A DNA stretch of 57,497 nucleotides, counting the filler, from Stramenopiles sp. TOSAG23-3 (lineage: Eukaryota): NCBI GenBank assembly GCA_900128585.1. It is 3 parts of 3 records of this genome, joined end to end, with 100 filler letters (N's around TTAATTAATTAA, not from the genome) between each part and the next. Parts side by side here need not be neighbours in the genome. Positions count along the whole stretch, not along the records: positions 1 to 19,116 come from LT642407.1; positions 19,217 to 38,330 come from LT642408.1; 1 more part is not named here. One strand, written 5' to 3'. A program made the position numbers and the translations under genes. The first letter of the stretch is position 1; each line of letters begins with the position of its first letter. This document shows positions 11,201 through 21,740 of this stretch, in pieces. The notes beneath the pieces are model-generated. The model searched no databases, had not been told where the DNA came from, and saw only the letters and a list, made by a program, of their open reading frames with translations.

Positions 11201-12898
11201 TTAATTAAGAGCAACACCTGTATGATTAACGCACCCCTTGAACACATTTCCTGCGTTGCACATGGCATATACTGTTTCAAGGTCGGTACTACACGTGACT
11301 TTGTCGATTCGGCATGCATACATAAAGTCGCCGGTTGGGCCGCATTCCACGACAATATTGTCAGTTGTCTTATTATCATAATTCAACGCGTTCGGGTTCA
11401 ATGATGGCCACCATTCAAGAGAGTGATTGCTCACGTATACCCTTGCGTAAACGTCCGTAGCGAACGTACGATTGTTTTCAACTACGTTGGCGTAGCAAAG
11501 GCCAAAGTTGTAAACCTGTGGAGCTGCACTAATTGAAGAACTTGAGACACATGTTGGGTTGCAAATGTGAGAATGGCCCGGCAACGGATTCTCCACTAAT
11601 TTACAAGGCAGGTGCGTGTGTTTTGATGCTGGCTCTTGAAAATCTGACTCCCACCACGAGGTAAGAGCCTCTTGCGCACTTACTCCACCGATCTTGTACA
11701 CGTTAAACCCCCTTCCCTGCATCTGAACATGCTCAACGCAAGACTCGATAAATGCACCTGAACCAGCAGATTTAAATTTTTCCGTGCGGGAAATATCTGT
11801 CAGCAGATCATGTGCATAACCATTAAGGCGCTCAATCTGAGCAGCACTACACTTGTCCATGGTAATGTCCCCCCAGCAATTCTCATCGTAATCGTAAATA
11901 TTTTCCAGTTGCCACTTGTCAACGGCGCTCTGCAGTGGAAAGATAGGTGCTGATGAATGCGCATAGCTCTCGTTGGCAAATATACAACGGTATCCGTGTT
12001 CGGGTGAACCTGCATAAGAGGCCAGGCATTTTGAGTTGACCCCGGAGGAAGAGTTTTGCATCTTAAAAACGTACTCCATCTCGTTTGGGTAAAGTGGGAT
12101 TTCTTTTTCTCCGCCCGTCGCATGCATTAAAAAAAATCCTGAAACCGGGGCGACACCGTACTTGGACAAAGCTGGGTTTCCGTGCTTCATATTTAAGGCG
12201 TTCACGTACTCCTCCACGTAATCTGCATGAAGGTATGCAGCGAGCCCGCCGGCGCTGCCTCCCGAAAGGAGTACTTCTGTTGCAGTGCGCATGCCGTATT
12301 TTTCAGATAGTGTGTCGAGAATGAAGTCCAGAATGCGACGCCCTCGAAAGTGAAGCGAAATATTTTTTCCGGGGTTCTGCGGATCTGCCCATGGCACTGT
12401 ATCGGCCCGATCTCCAGAGAATGATGCGCCATCGCAGTACATTAGTATCACGTGGTTCCAGGTCGCAAAAGTGGGGTTCAGCGTTGCTTGTGGGCCGACT
12501 GGGCCTCCATAACCCATTACCTTGGGGAATCTATGTGATGATCCCAAGTCGGTGTAGTATCTTGTCGCACAGTCCTTCTCATTGTAGCACCAACCGCCGC
12601 CATGTAAACTGTAAGAAAACTGTTAGAAGGAGTTGATAGAGGACGAAAAGGGCCATTGAACGACGCCTGGCTCTTCTACTTACTACATTACCCATTTGTT
12701 CTTGTCTTCCTCGGCGGCTGCCTTTCGAAAATACATACCAGGAGGAGAACCATCCAAACACACTGCACCACGTTCTGTGGCCTCAGCACTGTCCAAAACG
12801 ATCAGTGGCATCCCCGACTTTGTGTTTGAAACATTCGATCGCGCAACCTGTAAAAGGCACACGCCCAGAGCAGCCAGGAAAGTAAAAGAGAATTTCAT
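11201..12898 (-). CDS. Secreted pectin acetylesterase/Notum-family esterase, 2 exons (12898-12684, 12608-11201), about 540 aa
   Basis: Signal peptide; AVCLDGSPPG; splicing restores KWVMYLHGGGWCY; YCDGASFSG; LHFRG; nucleophile GGSAGG; CVEH. Confidence 0.92.
12609..12683 (-). other. Spliceosomal intron (75 nt, phase 2)
   Basis: GTAAGT donor, TTCTAAC branch-like motif, TTTTCTTACAG acceptor. Removal eliminates an in-frame TAG and joins the two ORFs. Confidence 0.92.
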
Positions 12899-13774
12899 TC
12901 CCGAAAGAAGGCTTTAGAGTTGCAACAATGTTCTCTGTTGTCTTTTCTTCAATTGTAATTTCTGTTAAATTAATCAAACAAAGTCAACCATTAACAAACA
13001 AACAAATCTTCACTTGGTAATGAGTGCATTCCTCCTCCGTTCTATCGACACCCTGTGCTTTTTATTTATTTATATATTTATTACTTGCTTCCGATTTCCG
13101 ATATATATTTCCGGACAGACAGACGGACGGACGATCCTTTTTTTTTTGTGCTGACTCCCCCCTCCCTCCTCCTCACTCTATATTATTTATTATTAGACTA
13201 ATTAATATGAATAATACATTACAAGTACAAAAAATCTTAAATCTTCCTGTTCAATTCTCAATTCTCAATTATTTATTAGTCTATTTATTATTGGTCATTT
13301 TTATTAAGATTTTAATAAAATAAGGAGTAAAGAAGCTGGAGGAGGAAATAGCATTAAAATCGGAGGATGTGCCAGAGAATTTTAAAGTAAAATATACATA
13401 TACATAGCATTGTTTCACTACTCGTACTATTACTTGTTCAGTAACGAAGCTCTGATAAAAAATCTTTGCCGTTAATTTCCGGTCCTACTGTGTCCATTGT
13501 GGGTGACCACACCTCCTCCTCCCCTCCTTCATATTTATATTATTATTATCTAATTTTTTATTTAAAAAATGATGATGATTAATAATTATAAATTTGGCAT
13601 TATCTCAATTAGAATTTTGTTTTGCATTTTAGCGGAAGAAATATTGTAATCGGTGGAAAAAGTCTTCTTAACGTTTAAGATTTAGAATTAGAATTAGAAT
13701 TTAAATGACCGATTTCCTTTCTTGTTTCTGGTATTTTTTGTTTCGTTCCGGTAGTTTAGTCCCACAAAATTAAC

Positions 13775-14968
13775 ATGGCTGCGTTACTTAAGAAATGCCA
13801 GATTTACTTGGACGAACATGTTTACAAAGGTTATGACGAGTATAAAAAGACTCACGCCTGCCAGTTTTTCATGTATCAGTTCATTGCTGGACTATTGTGT
13901 GCTACTGTCATTATCCTCGGGGTCGCTGCTCTGTTCGCCGCCGGGGTTTGTGAAAGTTTGACGGAGTTCCACTTGGCAACAACTTCCACGAGCTTTTTAG
14001 GGCTAAAAAACATTGTCATCATCAACCGGTCTCCGCACGGTGAAATAACAATGACTGCCGCCAGTAGTGGATTCAACGGTGGAGATGCGCTGAAAATAGA
14101 ATCAAAAAACTACGCGGTAAATGACGACAATAGAAAAATGTTGACCTCGTCGCAATTGCTGGACGCCACAACCTTTTCGGTGCTGGCCTCAGCAGTGGAT
14201 GAGTCAAAGTTTCTTGGGATCGACGTATCGTGCGAACACGTATTCAGCAACATGGCTCTTCATAATTTTACTGGGACGGTAAATCTTCGGGGAGAACGGG
14301 ATGCGGGCATTAAGGTGTCGTCGGAGGCGCCCTTTGAGCTAGGAAAGGCCGGGCTGTACGTCGAACATTTGAATATACAGGCAGACACGGGGGCAATTAA
14401 TGTCACCGGGATTTCCACGTCCTCTTTAAAAGTGACGGTCCCGAAGTTGCCGTTTCAAATCAGAAAACCCAGGGGGGTATACTTGCAAAACGTAGTAAGC
14501 TCGTACATACAGGTGCAAAGCGATAGTCGAGACATACACGTCGATGGGGCCGTTCTGCCCTTTGCTTCTCGCCTCAATTCCGGCGGTAACGGAAGGGCGT
14601 TGAATGTAAGCACGAAAACAGGAGACATATTTTTGTCCAATGTTGGGGAGGGGGGCGACATTTTCGCGGCCTCGCAAGAGGGCAACATTGTGGTAAGATT
14701 AAATGGGCGCGCCTTTCATGGTGCGTACAATGCCCAAGCTGGTCAAGGGGTCGTTTTCTTCAGCCCTACTAGCTCGATGCACAAGTCTGGCCCCGTCTGT
14801 TCGCCTACGGACTCATGGAAAAAGTTACCGTCGTTAAAAGAAGGCATTGGGGCGTTGCACCACCATTGCAAGCAAGGTCACGTTGGTTTTGCATACGGTA
14901 AACAGCGGGTAGAGCTCTACACGGCCTCGGGAGACATTACGCTGATCTCCTCGGAGCCGGACATATAA
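13775..14968 (+). CDS. Membrane-anchored protein with a DUF4097/putative-adhesin-like beta-rich region
   Basis: One N-terminal hydrophobic helix; repeated beta motifs ADTGAINV, STKTGDIFL, SQEGNIVV, TASGDITL. Confidence 0.6.
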   Translation: MAALLKKCQIYLDEHVYKGYDEYKKTHACQFFMYQFIAGLLCATVIILGVAALFAAGVCESLTEFHLATTSTSFLGLKNIVIINRSPHGEITMTAASSGFNGGDALKIESKNYAVNDDNRKMLTSSQLLDATTFSVLASAVDESKFLGIDVSCEHVFSNMALHNFTGTVNLRGERDAGIKVSSEAPFELGKAGLYVEHLNIQADTGAINVTGISTSSLKVTVPKLPFQIRKPRGVYLQNVVSSYIQVQSDSRDIHVDGAVLPFASRLNSGGNGRALNVSTKTGDIFLSNVGEGGDIFAASQEGNIVVRLNGRAFHGAYNAQAGQGVVFFSPTSSMHKSGPVCSPTDSWKKLPSLKEGIGALHHHCKQGHVGFAYGKQRVELYTASGDITLISSEPDI

Positions 14969-14992
14969 CAGAAAAGATGAAAAATCTAACTT

Positions 14993-15406
14993 AAAAACAA
15001 GAAAATTGGCCAATCAAATTTAAGATTTTTACGAAGTAAGACGCGGGGGGGTTATTTTACGGCACGAACATATTTATAAAAATGAAAATTACTAAAACCA
15101 CAACAGTACGGTAGAGATCAGTTTACAGTATATGAAGGAAATGCAAACTTTTAATGGATAAAAGTTGAGTAGATTTATTTTCGCGGTATATGAGAGGAAG
15201 CTAAATTTTAATTAAAACAAGAAAATTGGCTGTTATTTAAGTAATAATTAAAAATTTAGCTTCGTCGTACCCTAATCCTAACTTGGTTCTGTAATTTCGT
15301 CTCATTGATGATTGTCAATCATTTTTTTTTAACAGCCAATTGTTTGTTTTTAAAAATGAAAAATAGTAAGAATTACTTTAAATAACAGCCAATTTTTTGT
15401 TTTTAA
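14993..15406. repeat. Dispersed repeat family cluster, including the longest copy and a 22-bp inverted repeat
   Basis: + copies at about 14993 and 15214, - copies at about 15331 and 15373. Arms gaggaagctaaatttttaatta and taattaaaaatttagcttcgtc (21/22 complementary) flank the core. Confidence 0.85.
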
Positions 15407-15465
15407 GAACTTTTAAAGGTGCGTTGCCTCTAAAACTTTTTAACTTACCTGGTCGCGCTCCCCTG

Positions 15466-16674
15466 CTAGACCCCTCCGGTGACCCAAATGTCGCTCATGC
15501 CCTTCCTCTTTCGAACCCCCGCTGCGACGGCCTCTCTGTTCGCCCAATCCACGCAGTTGTATTTATTCGTGCACGGGTTACCCTCCAAGCAGCTGCAGCT
15601 TTCGCGAAATTCGTTTTGGTCCATGACGGTGTCTTTGCGACCGAGTGCTTGGGCTAGACCATTTATTTCATGCAACCCTTTCGTCAGCGCGGACGTATCC
15701 TCCTGTAATTTTTTATTGTCTAACATGTGCAAGTTGTAGTTTGGAGCAGGAAACAGATTTTCGTGAAGCAAAGCGGTGTATTTCTGTCTTCCTATCTCTT
15801 CCACCAAAGCGTTTTCCCTCATGTCGAGCGTCAAGAAGCGCCTCCTTCTTCCCACCGTCGCAAGGTGCTTCAACGGCTGTATTCCGTCCGATTCGTCCAA
15901 GTCATTATCACTAATATTCAACTCCTCCAGCGACAGCAAGTTGGACAGCCAGTGTGGCCCCTCGCTGTCTTCTACCAAAGACTCCAAACTGCAGCCCTCT
16001 AAAGCCAAAAATCTCAAATTCTCCAGCCCAGCCGTGCTGAACTTTTCCAGATCAACTTCTGAAAACGAAAGATCTAAGTGCAGCAATACTTCCAGCCCTT
16101 TCCCATCCACGCCACCGCTCAAGTTGCACCCCGATAAGCTCATCACCCGCCACCAGTTTTTCAGAAACGGTCCAGCTTTTTGCAAAGAGCTGGCATTGGA
16201 AAATTCAAACCGGAACACACTTTCCCGGCAAGCCCGCTCTGGCGCTACGCTCTCGGCGTCTTCTATGCCATCGCAATGGAGCATGATCAGCTGAAGCTCG
16301 GATGCACCGGTATCCAAGGGCTCTAAAACTTCGTTCTTTAGTTTTTTGTCTAATTCCGTCCAAAACATTTCCAGTCCTCCCAGGGTATCTTCCACTTGAA
16401 GCAGCTTAAAAATCGAATCGTCTGCCGTGCAGTTGGAGAACAACGCGTCCGCGTCCACGCCCACCCAAGGGTCCGGGGTCGAATTCGACTCCTCGGCAGT
16501 CGCAACTTCGACAATGTCAAAAGAATTATCTTTTGCCCATTTTAATGCATCGTCCCGCGCAACAGTCCCCTCCGTCGCTATCCCAGCGAAAGCATCTTCA
16601 CTGAATTTATCGCCCACCAGCTCCTGGGCCTTCGCTTTATCGATCCCTTCCGGTAAGCTAGCACCTGATCCCAT
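15466..16674 (-). CDS. Leucine-rich repeat protein, likely N-myristoylated
   Basis: MGSGAS N-terminus; LRRs LLHLDLSFSEV, LRFLALEGCSL, LEELNISDNDL, LTLDMRENAL; Cys-rich tail CSCLEGNPCTNKYNC. Confidence 0.8.
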   Translation of the reverse strand: MGSGASLPEGIDKAKAQELVGDKFSEDAFAGIATEGTVARDDALKWAKDNSFDIVEVATAEESNSTPDPWVGVDADALFSNCTADDSIFKLLQVEDTLGGLEMFWTELDKKLKNEVLEPLDTGASELQLIMLHCDGIEDAESVAPERACRESVFRFEFSNASSLQKAGPFLKNWWRVMSLSGCNLSGGVDGKGLEVLLHLDLSFSEVDLEKFSTAGLENLRFLALEGCSLESLVEDSEGPHWLSNLLSLEELNISDNDLDESDGIQPLKHLATVGRRRRFLTLDMRENALVEEIGRQKYTALLHENLFPAPNYNLHMLDNKKLQEDTSALTKGLHEINGLAQALGRKDTVMDQNEFRESCSCLEGNPCTNKYNCVDWANREAVAAGVRKRKGMSDIWVTGGV

Positions 16675-17355
16675 TCAACAATAACTCTGTGTGGCCTGTC
16701 TGTCTTCTCCTCGTGCGTGCGTCTCTAACAAAACAACAATAACCTAACAATGACAACAACAAACGGCGAACAGGCGGTCGGATAGACAAGCAAGCAGACA
16801 TCTTTACTTTACTTAATTTCGAAGGGGCACGCATTAATTGTGGAGAAGGAATTATTAATAACAACGCAGCCGCCCCCCCCCCCGTCGTCGGTCGTCGAAA
16901 AAAAGAAGAAGAAGAAAGAAGGGGAAGAACTCAGCAGCAGCACATCATCATTCTATGATGATGATTCTTCTTCTTTTTTTTTCAGAAAAAATATATTATT
17001 TTTATTATGAAGAAGAAGGATTCAGAATTATTTTTTAATAATAATAAATTTAAAATATTTTGTTTTTTTTGGTGGGGTTGTTTTTTATATAAAAAAAACA
17101 CAACAACAAGAGAACAACAACAAACACAAATAAATATAATAAAAATTGGCTGTGTTTATTATTTTGAGAAGACTAATAAAGAAGTAATAATGTCTCTATT
17201 GTTTTAAATATATATATATTCAGATTAGCTAATAAGCAAATCTGTGGGTGAAAATTCCTTCACTACGTTCGAAAAGCAACCATGGAGAAAGAAAAGAATT
17301 ACAATATTCACCACCGCCGACACCGTTTCAAAATCCTGCCGTAGAGTTGCAGAAT

Positions 17356-18369
17356 ATGTTTCTTCGAGCGTGGAGGTTGTTGCCAAAGCGGGTCCGGTTT
17401 CGTGGAAGAAGGGAAAGTGTCTGGAGAAGCCACTTCGGATTTGCCCGGCGTAAGTTTGCTTTGAATAAAGTGACAGGGGCGTCAGAGAGAGCACTGGAGG
17501 ACGTGGTGGACCCGTCTGTGCCTAAAAATATATTCGAATTCGTGAGGTCAGTGAGACATATGGAAACCGGTGTGGTTGTGTTGAACGCTGGAATGATCTT
17601 ATCTCTCCTCGGAACCTGCAGTAGTGATATAGTGTTTCTTCGGTCCATGAGCATCACTGGAGGCATTTGTGGAATGTATTACAATTTCACCAGAAAGCCA
17701 CCCCTGAAGGCCCCAGTAATCTGGGCGGTAATATTCGCTTCTATCCATTTGATCAAAATTGGAGAAATTATGCTTGACAAGGCCGACATTTCGTTCAGTG
17801 GAGACGAGTTAAATTTATTTGAAACGCACCTGAACGAACTTCCAGCCCGCCGTTTTTACAAATTCTTAGAGGTCGTTCAGAAACGTGATTACCAACCGGG
17901 CGATGTCTTGTTAGAAGAAGGGCTCGACGTAGACTCGATCACGTTTATCATGACGGGGGAGTGCGATGTTTTAGTGAAGGATCAAATGGTTGCGAAAATG
18001 GAGGGTTGCAATTCCTCCGGAGTTTTGGGAGAGATTAGCTTTTTAAACCGTTTGCGTTTGGAAAAAGAAAAGAAGAGCGGAAAGCTATCTATCAAGAGGA
18101 CTGCGTCGGTCCAAAAAGCCCGAGAAGACATTGTTCGCACAGCGTCTGCCCGCGTCGTGGCCAATACAAATGTACATACAATAACGGTGAAAATGGATGA
18201 TTTGATTGCAATGTTCAAACAAGATCCGCAATTTAAGGCTATATTTTTGAGCGCTCTGACGAACACGTTGGTAGCAAAGTTGGTTCAACAATCCACGTAT
18301 CAGGCAAGCAACAAGGGTGATTCCTACCTTCAACTCGTGAAAAAGTTTGTCCACCCGTTTTGGGATTAA
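17356..18369 (+). CDS. Popeye-like membrane protein with a cyclic-nucleotide-binding domain
   Basis: Three hydrophobic segments including DIVFLR, then YQPGDVLLEEG..FIMTGECDV..LGEISFL..TASARVVA (cNMP fold). First ATG at 17356. Confidence 0.78.
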   Translation: MFLRAWRLLPKRVRFRGRRESVWRSHFGFARRKFALNKVTGASERALEDVVDPSVPKNIFEFVRSVRHMETGVVVLNAGMILSLLGTCSSDIVFLRSMSITGGICGMYYNFTRKPPLKAPVIWAVIFASIHLIKIGEIMLDKADISFSGDELNLFETHLNELPARRFYKFLEVVQKRDYQPGDVLLEEGLDVDSITFIMTGECDVLVKDQMVAKMEGCNSSGVLGEISFLNRLRLEKEKKSGKLSIKRTASVQKAREDIVRTASARVVANTNVHTITVKMDDLIAMFKQDPQFKAIFLSALTNTLVAKLVQQSTYQASNKGDSYLQLVKKFVHPFWD

Positions 18370-18612
18370 AAATGGCACGGAGTAAAGGGGTTCGCGCACA
18401 CTGGAGGGTGTAAAAGAAATTAAAAAGGTGTGTGCGATGTGTTGTGCAATATTAACATGGTATATATAATTATTTTTTTTAACATGGTCATAAATTATAC
18501 TTGTAAAACTCAGTAAAGTTAGCATAAAATAATAAACCGGGTGCTTACATCATTATTAATAACTTGAAATTATCATAATAAGAAGAAGAAGATAAAATTT
18601 TGACAACCAACA

Positions 18613-18772
18613 ACGAAACAAAATTACAGAATCAAGTTAAGATTAGGGTATGAGGAAGCTTAATTTAATTACCAAGGTACAATTTTCTTGTTGTTTTTAG
18701 AAGATAAAATTAGGCTGTGTTATTATTTTAGATTAAAGAGATTAAAAACAAAAAATTGGCTGTTATTTAAGT
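18613..18772. repeat. Dispersed repeat family cluster (one long reverse copy, two forward cores)
   Basis: 18613-18672 is the reverse complement of 15241-15300 with few differences; forward cores at about 18707 and 18744. Confidence 0.85.
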
Positions 18773-18827
18773 GCATTGATTAAAATTTATTTTATAAATC
18801 TAGGTAAATAGTTCTTCTCCCCAAAAC

Positions 18828-19116
18828 CTACAGCTCCCCATCGTTTGAAGGAGGGGCATTTGCCATTTCGTAACGACGTTTAAACTCTTCCGCCGCCCAC
18901 TTGGTTCCCTCGCCCGTGTTCAACAGAGGATAATAACCAAGGTTCTGTTGCACGTAGGATGGATCTACTGTGTACGAGCGGATCAAGGTTTTTGCTTCCG
19001 TTTCTGTCATCACCGGTCTCATTGCTTCGTACCCAATAATTTTGTTTACGACGTAGCAGAACCACTCCATGTAGTACGCCATATGCACTAGGACAGTGGG
19101 TGGAACCCAAACGATT
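18828..19116 (-). CDS. C-terminal part of a probable 3-beta-hydroxysteroid dehydrogenase/NAD-dependent epimerase-like protein, 5' end lost at the contig edge
   Basis: Frame open to the N-run: IVWVPPTVLVHMAYYMEW..PVMTETE..YTVDPSYVQQNLGYYP, resembling extended-SDR C-termini. Confidence 0.5.
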
Positions 19117-19216
19117 NNNNNNNNNNNNNNNNNNNNNNNNNNNNNNNNNNNNNNNNNNNNTTAATTAATTAANNNNNNNNNNNNNNNNNNNNNNNNNNNN
19201 NNNNNNNNNNNNNNNN
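19117..19216. other. Artificial contig linker
   Basis: Exactly 44 N + TTAATTAATTAA (stops in all six frames) + 44 N. Confidence 0.95.
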
Positions 19217-19500
19217 AATAATAAGGAGGAGATAACAAAAAGAACAAAAAAATACATAACATTTGTTTTCGTTAGTACTTTTTAACTCGCGCAATAAGTA
19301 TCCGCCAAAAATCTATTTCAATAGGCAAAGGTCACATTTGCATTACAATTAATTGCCAAGTATATATATAGTGCTAGCTTTGTTTGAGATTTTGGACAGA
19401 ATAACTTGACGACAAAGAAAGATCCAAAGGCTGCAAATATCACGGGGTTGAGGAATAACAGGACAACGGTGCAGTGTGTTAGCTGCCCCACGGAGACAGA

Positions 19501-20958
19501 ATGAACAGTGAAGTGTTTCAAGATACTCTTGGCTGGCTTCATGGAAAGCAACGCCGGGATTCTAATGAAGCAGCTGAAAGACGGAGTGAATTAAAACAGC
19601 TTACTTTTCGCATTTCTAAAAGGCTTCAGGGCACTTGGGGAACAGACATAGGCGAGAAATACCGACAGTTGCGCCTGGACAGCAATATCTTGCAGCCACA
19701 ACAGCGCTCTCCGGGAACGCGCAATACGGCTAGAGCAAAGAAACGGAAACCAAAGCGAAGGGTTAGGAAGAAAAAGATGCGCCTTAGTGCGCTATCCTTA
19801 GAACTTTCGTCGAAAAGCAAAAGTGTAGAACTCCCGGAGGAGGGCTCTCCAAGCCTGTATGCTTCGAAGAACTTCGGGTACATGCCTCAAATATTTCCGA
19901 ACGTCGACTTACGAAAAATATCAGACGACGGTCGGCCGCTGCCTCACGCGAGACTAAAGAATGAGTCCCACCAACGAACTGTATATCGTTGGTTTCCATC
20001 TGGGCCATCAACGTACACCCCCTTGCCCGAAGAGGGGAAAAAAAATATTTATGGTCCCTACAATAGTGAGACCCTTAAAATAATCCCGAAGAAGCATAAG
20101 ACGTTTACCAAAAGAAGAAAGCGAAGAGCTAAATCGAAGTACCTAATTTACGATCACAACGGAGTCGTTCACAGTCCTATTCGCAAAAAGGGGTCGATCG
20201 GAACTTCCCGTCAAAACCCCGTTGGCCAGAGGTTGCTGATGCAGGCCCGAGAACGCAGGGGATCTCTCCAGTGGACTTACGATAAGCTGAACAACGCAGC
20301 AATATCGATAACGAATTTTTTTCGAAATGGGAGAGGGATAGTGCAGGTATGGAAATGGAGAGAGCAGATTCGGCGGGGGTTATGGATTAGCTATAACGCA
20401 ACAGTTATCAATTCAAAGTTTGCGAGGGTTTATCTAGCAAAACAGAAGGTTGCAGAAGTACGTAAGGTGCATGAGCAAGCCGTGAAGATACAGAATGCCC
20501 ACAGGGCATTAATTGCCCGACGACAATTGAGGCATTTGCGAGGATTGGACAAGGCCCGACGAAAGTTTGCGGAGCGAATGAGAATCAAGAGGTCTGCAAG
20601 AATTGTACAGAAAGCAGTGAAAGCCCACGCAAAGAAAAAAATTCTCCATCGATTTCTGGGGAACACAGCCACATCTTTGCAGAAGCGTGCTCGAGGTTGG
20701 TTGGCCCGAAAGAAGAATGCACGAAAAAAAAACAGCCACCCAGAAAAAGGTGCTCTGCAACTGGCAAAGGACACGGTATCGGCAGCGAAGAACAAACTAC
20801 ACAAAATATTTTTTCATCGGGGTGGGACGGAAAAGCACGCCGTCAAAATCCAGGCGAGAATGCGAGGCCATTTGACCCGTCGTAAGATAGAGCAGTTGAA
20901 ATTTGACAAAGCAGGGTACGAGTACATGCATAATGGCGAACGTAAGGTTAAAATATAA
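19501..20958 (+). CDS. Basic IQ-motif (calmodulin-binding) protein
   Basis: IQNAHRALIAR, LQKRARGWLAR, IQARMRGHLTR. Confidence 0.75.
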   Translation: MNSEVFQDTLGWLHGKQRRDSNEAAERRSELKQLTFRISKRLQGTWGTDIGEKYRQLRLDSNILQPQQRSPGTRNTARAKKRKPKRRVRKKKMRLSALSLELSSKSKSVELPEEGSPSLYASKNFGYMPQIFPNVDLRKISDDGRPLPHARLKNESHQRTVYRWFPSGPSTYTPLPEEGKKNIYGPYNSETLKIIPKKHKTFTKRRKRRAKSKYLIYDHNGVVHSPIRKKGSIGTSRQNPVGQRLLMQARERRGSLQWTYDKLNNAAISITNFFRNGRGIVQVWKWREQIRRGLWISYNATVINSKFARVYLAKQKVAEVRKVHEQAVKIQNAHRALIARRQLRHLRGLDKARRKFAERMRIKRSARIVQKAVKAHAKKKILHRFLGNTATSLQKRARGWLARKKNARKKNSHPEKGALQLAKDTVSAAKNKLHKIFFHRGGTEKHAVKIQARMRGHLTRRKIEQLKFDKAGYEYMHNGERKVKI

Positions 20959-21413
20959 ACGTGGTGCCTCAAAAAATTTGTTTTTTAAACAAACAGCAAG
21001 AAAGGTAGGCGTGATTTTTTAAACGTTGCATTGTGGGTGCGAGAACTTTACGCGCAACTCCCGAGTCTCCTCGAATCATTAAATTTGTAAAAAAATAATT
21101 TAAGTGGGGTAAATTTTGGTAAGATTCTTACGTACGTCATTAAAAAGTGGTCGGCGCATACATAGCCTCGGAGCATTTAATTTCAACTATTACGACGGGA
21201 TCCCCAGGGTCAATCTACCCTATTTAAGGTGCCATGAACTACTTCGTACGTAAGTAGAAATAAAGAGCAGTTTCGACCCTTTTGCCCCAGAAAATCTTTC
21301 CCGCGTTCTGTTTTTATAATCCATAGAAGCCTCAAAGCTCCAAGAGGATTTTTCTTTCTCCCCCCAAACAGACTCTTAAACATCTCATTTGACATCTAAA
21401 TATTCACAAAAAA

Positions 21414-21740
21414 TTAGGATATGACACAGCAGGAACTCCCACCGCCCCCTTTACCTAGTGCTGTACTCTTTATTGGCGAGTAATGCAAATTATCGTGGTA
21501 GGTCACCTCCTCAATATTCCCACCTTCCTCGTCGGCAAAACTTAATCTCCTATTCGCCCTGCGTCTCTTCGTCACAGTGCCACTACCTGGCTTTGCGGAA
21601 TCACTATTATCACCAACACTGTCTTTACCCGCTCCATCTACTTGTTTTTCAACCGCCTCTTCCGGCGCCTCTGTCGGTGCCTCCTTCTCCTCAACCACGT
21701 CAGGTTTCGGCAACGTTTCCTCTGGCACCACGGCCGCCAT
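21414..21740 (-). CDS. Small acidic protein with C-terminal CaaX box and an RVxF-like motif
   Basis: ATG start, 108 aa; RRLSFADE; ends SSCCVIS-stop. Confidence 0.7.
   Translation of the reverse strand: MAAVVPEETLPKPDVVEEKEAPTEAPEEAVEKQVDGAGKDSVGDNSDSAKPGSGTVTKRRRANRRLSFADEEGGNIEEVTYHDNLHYSPIKSTALGKGGGGSSCCVIS

Noticed and set aside
12609-12685. Stop-codon readthrough or altered genetic code in the acetylesterase gene, or a third introner copy
   Set aside because: A canonical 75-nt intron explains the in-frame TAG, and it resembles the introner pair only at splice and branch signals.
19117-19216. TTAATTAATTAA palindrome inside an N-run (also 38331-38430) as a biological element
   Set aside because: Identical 44N-12-44N structure twice with stops in six frames marks an artificial linker; gene neighbourhoods across it were not interpreted.
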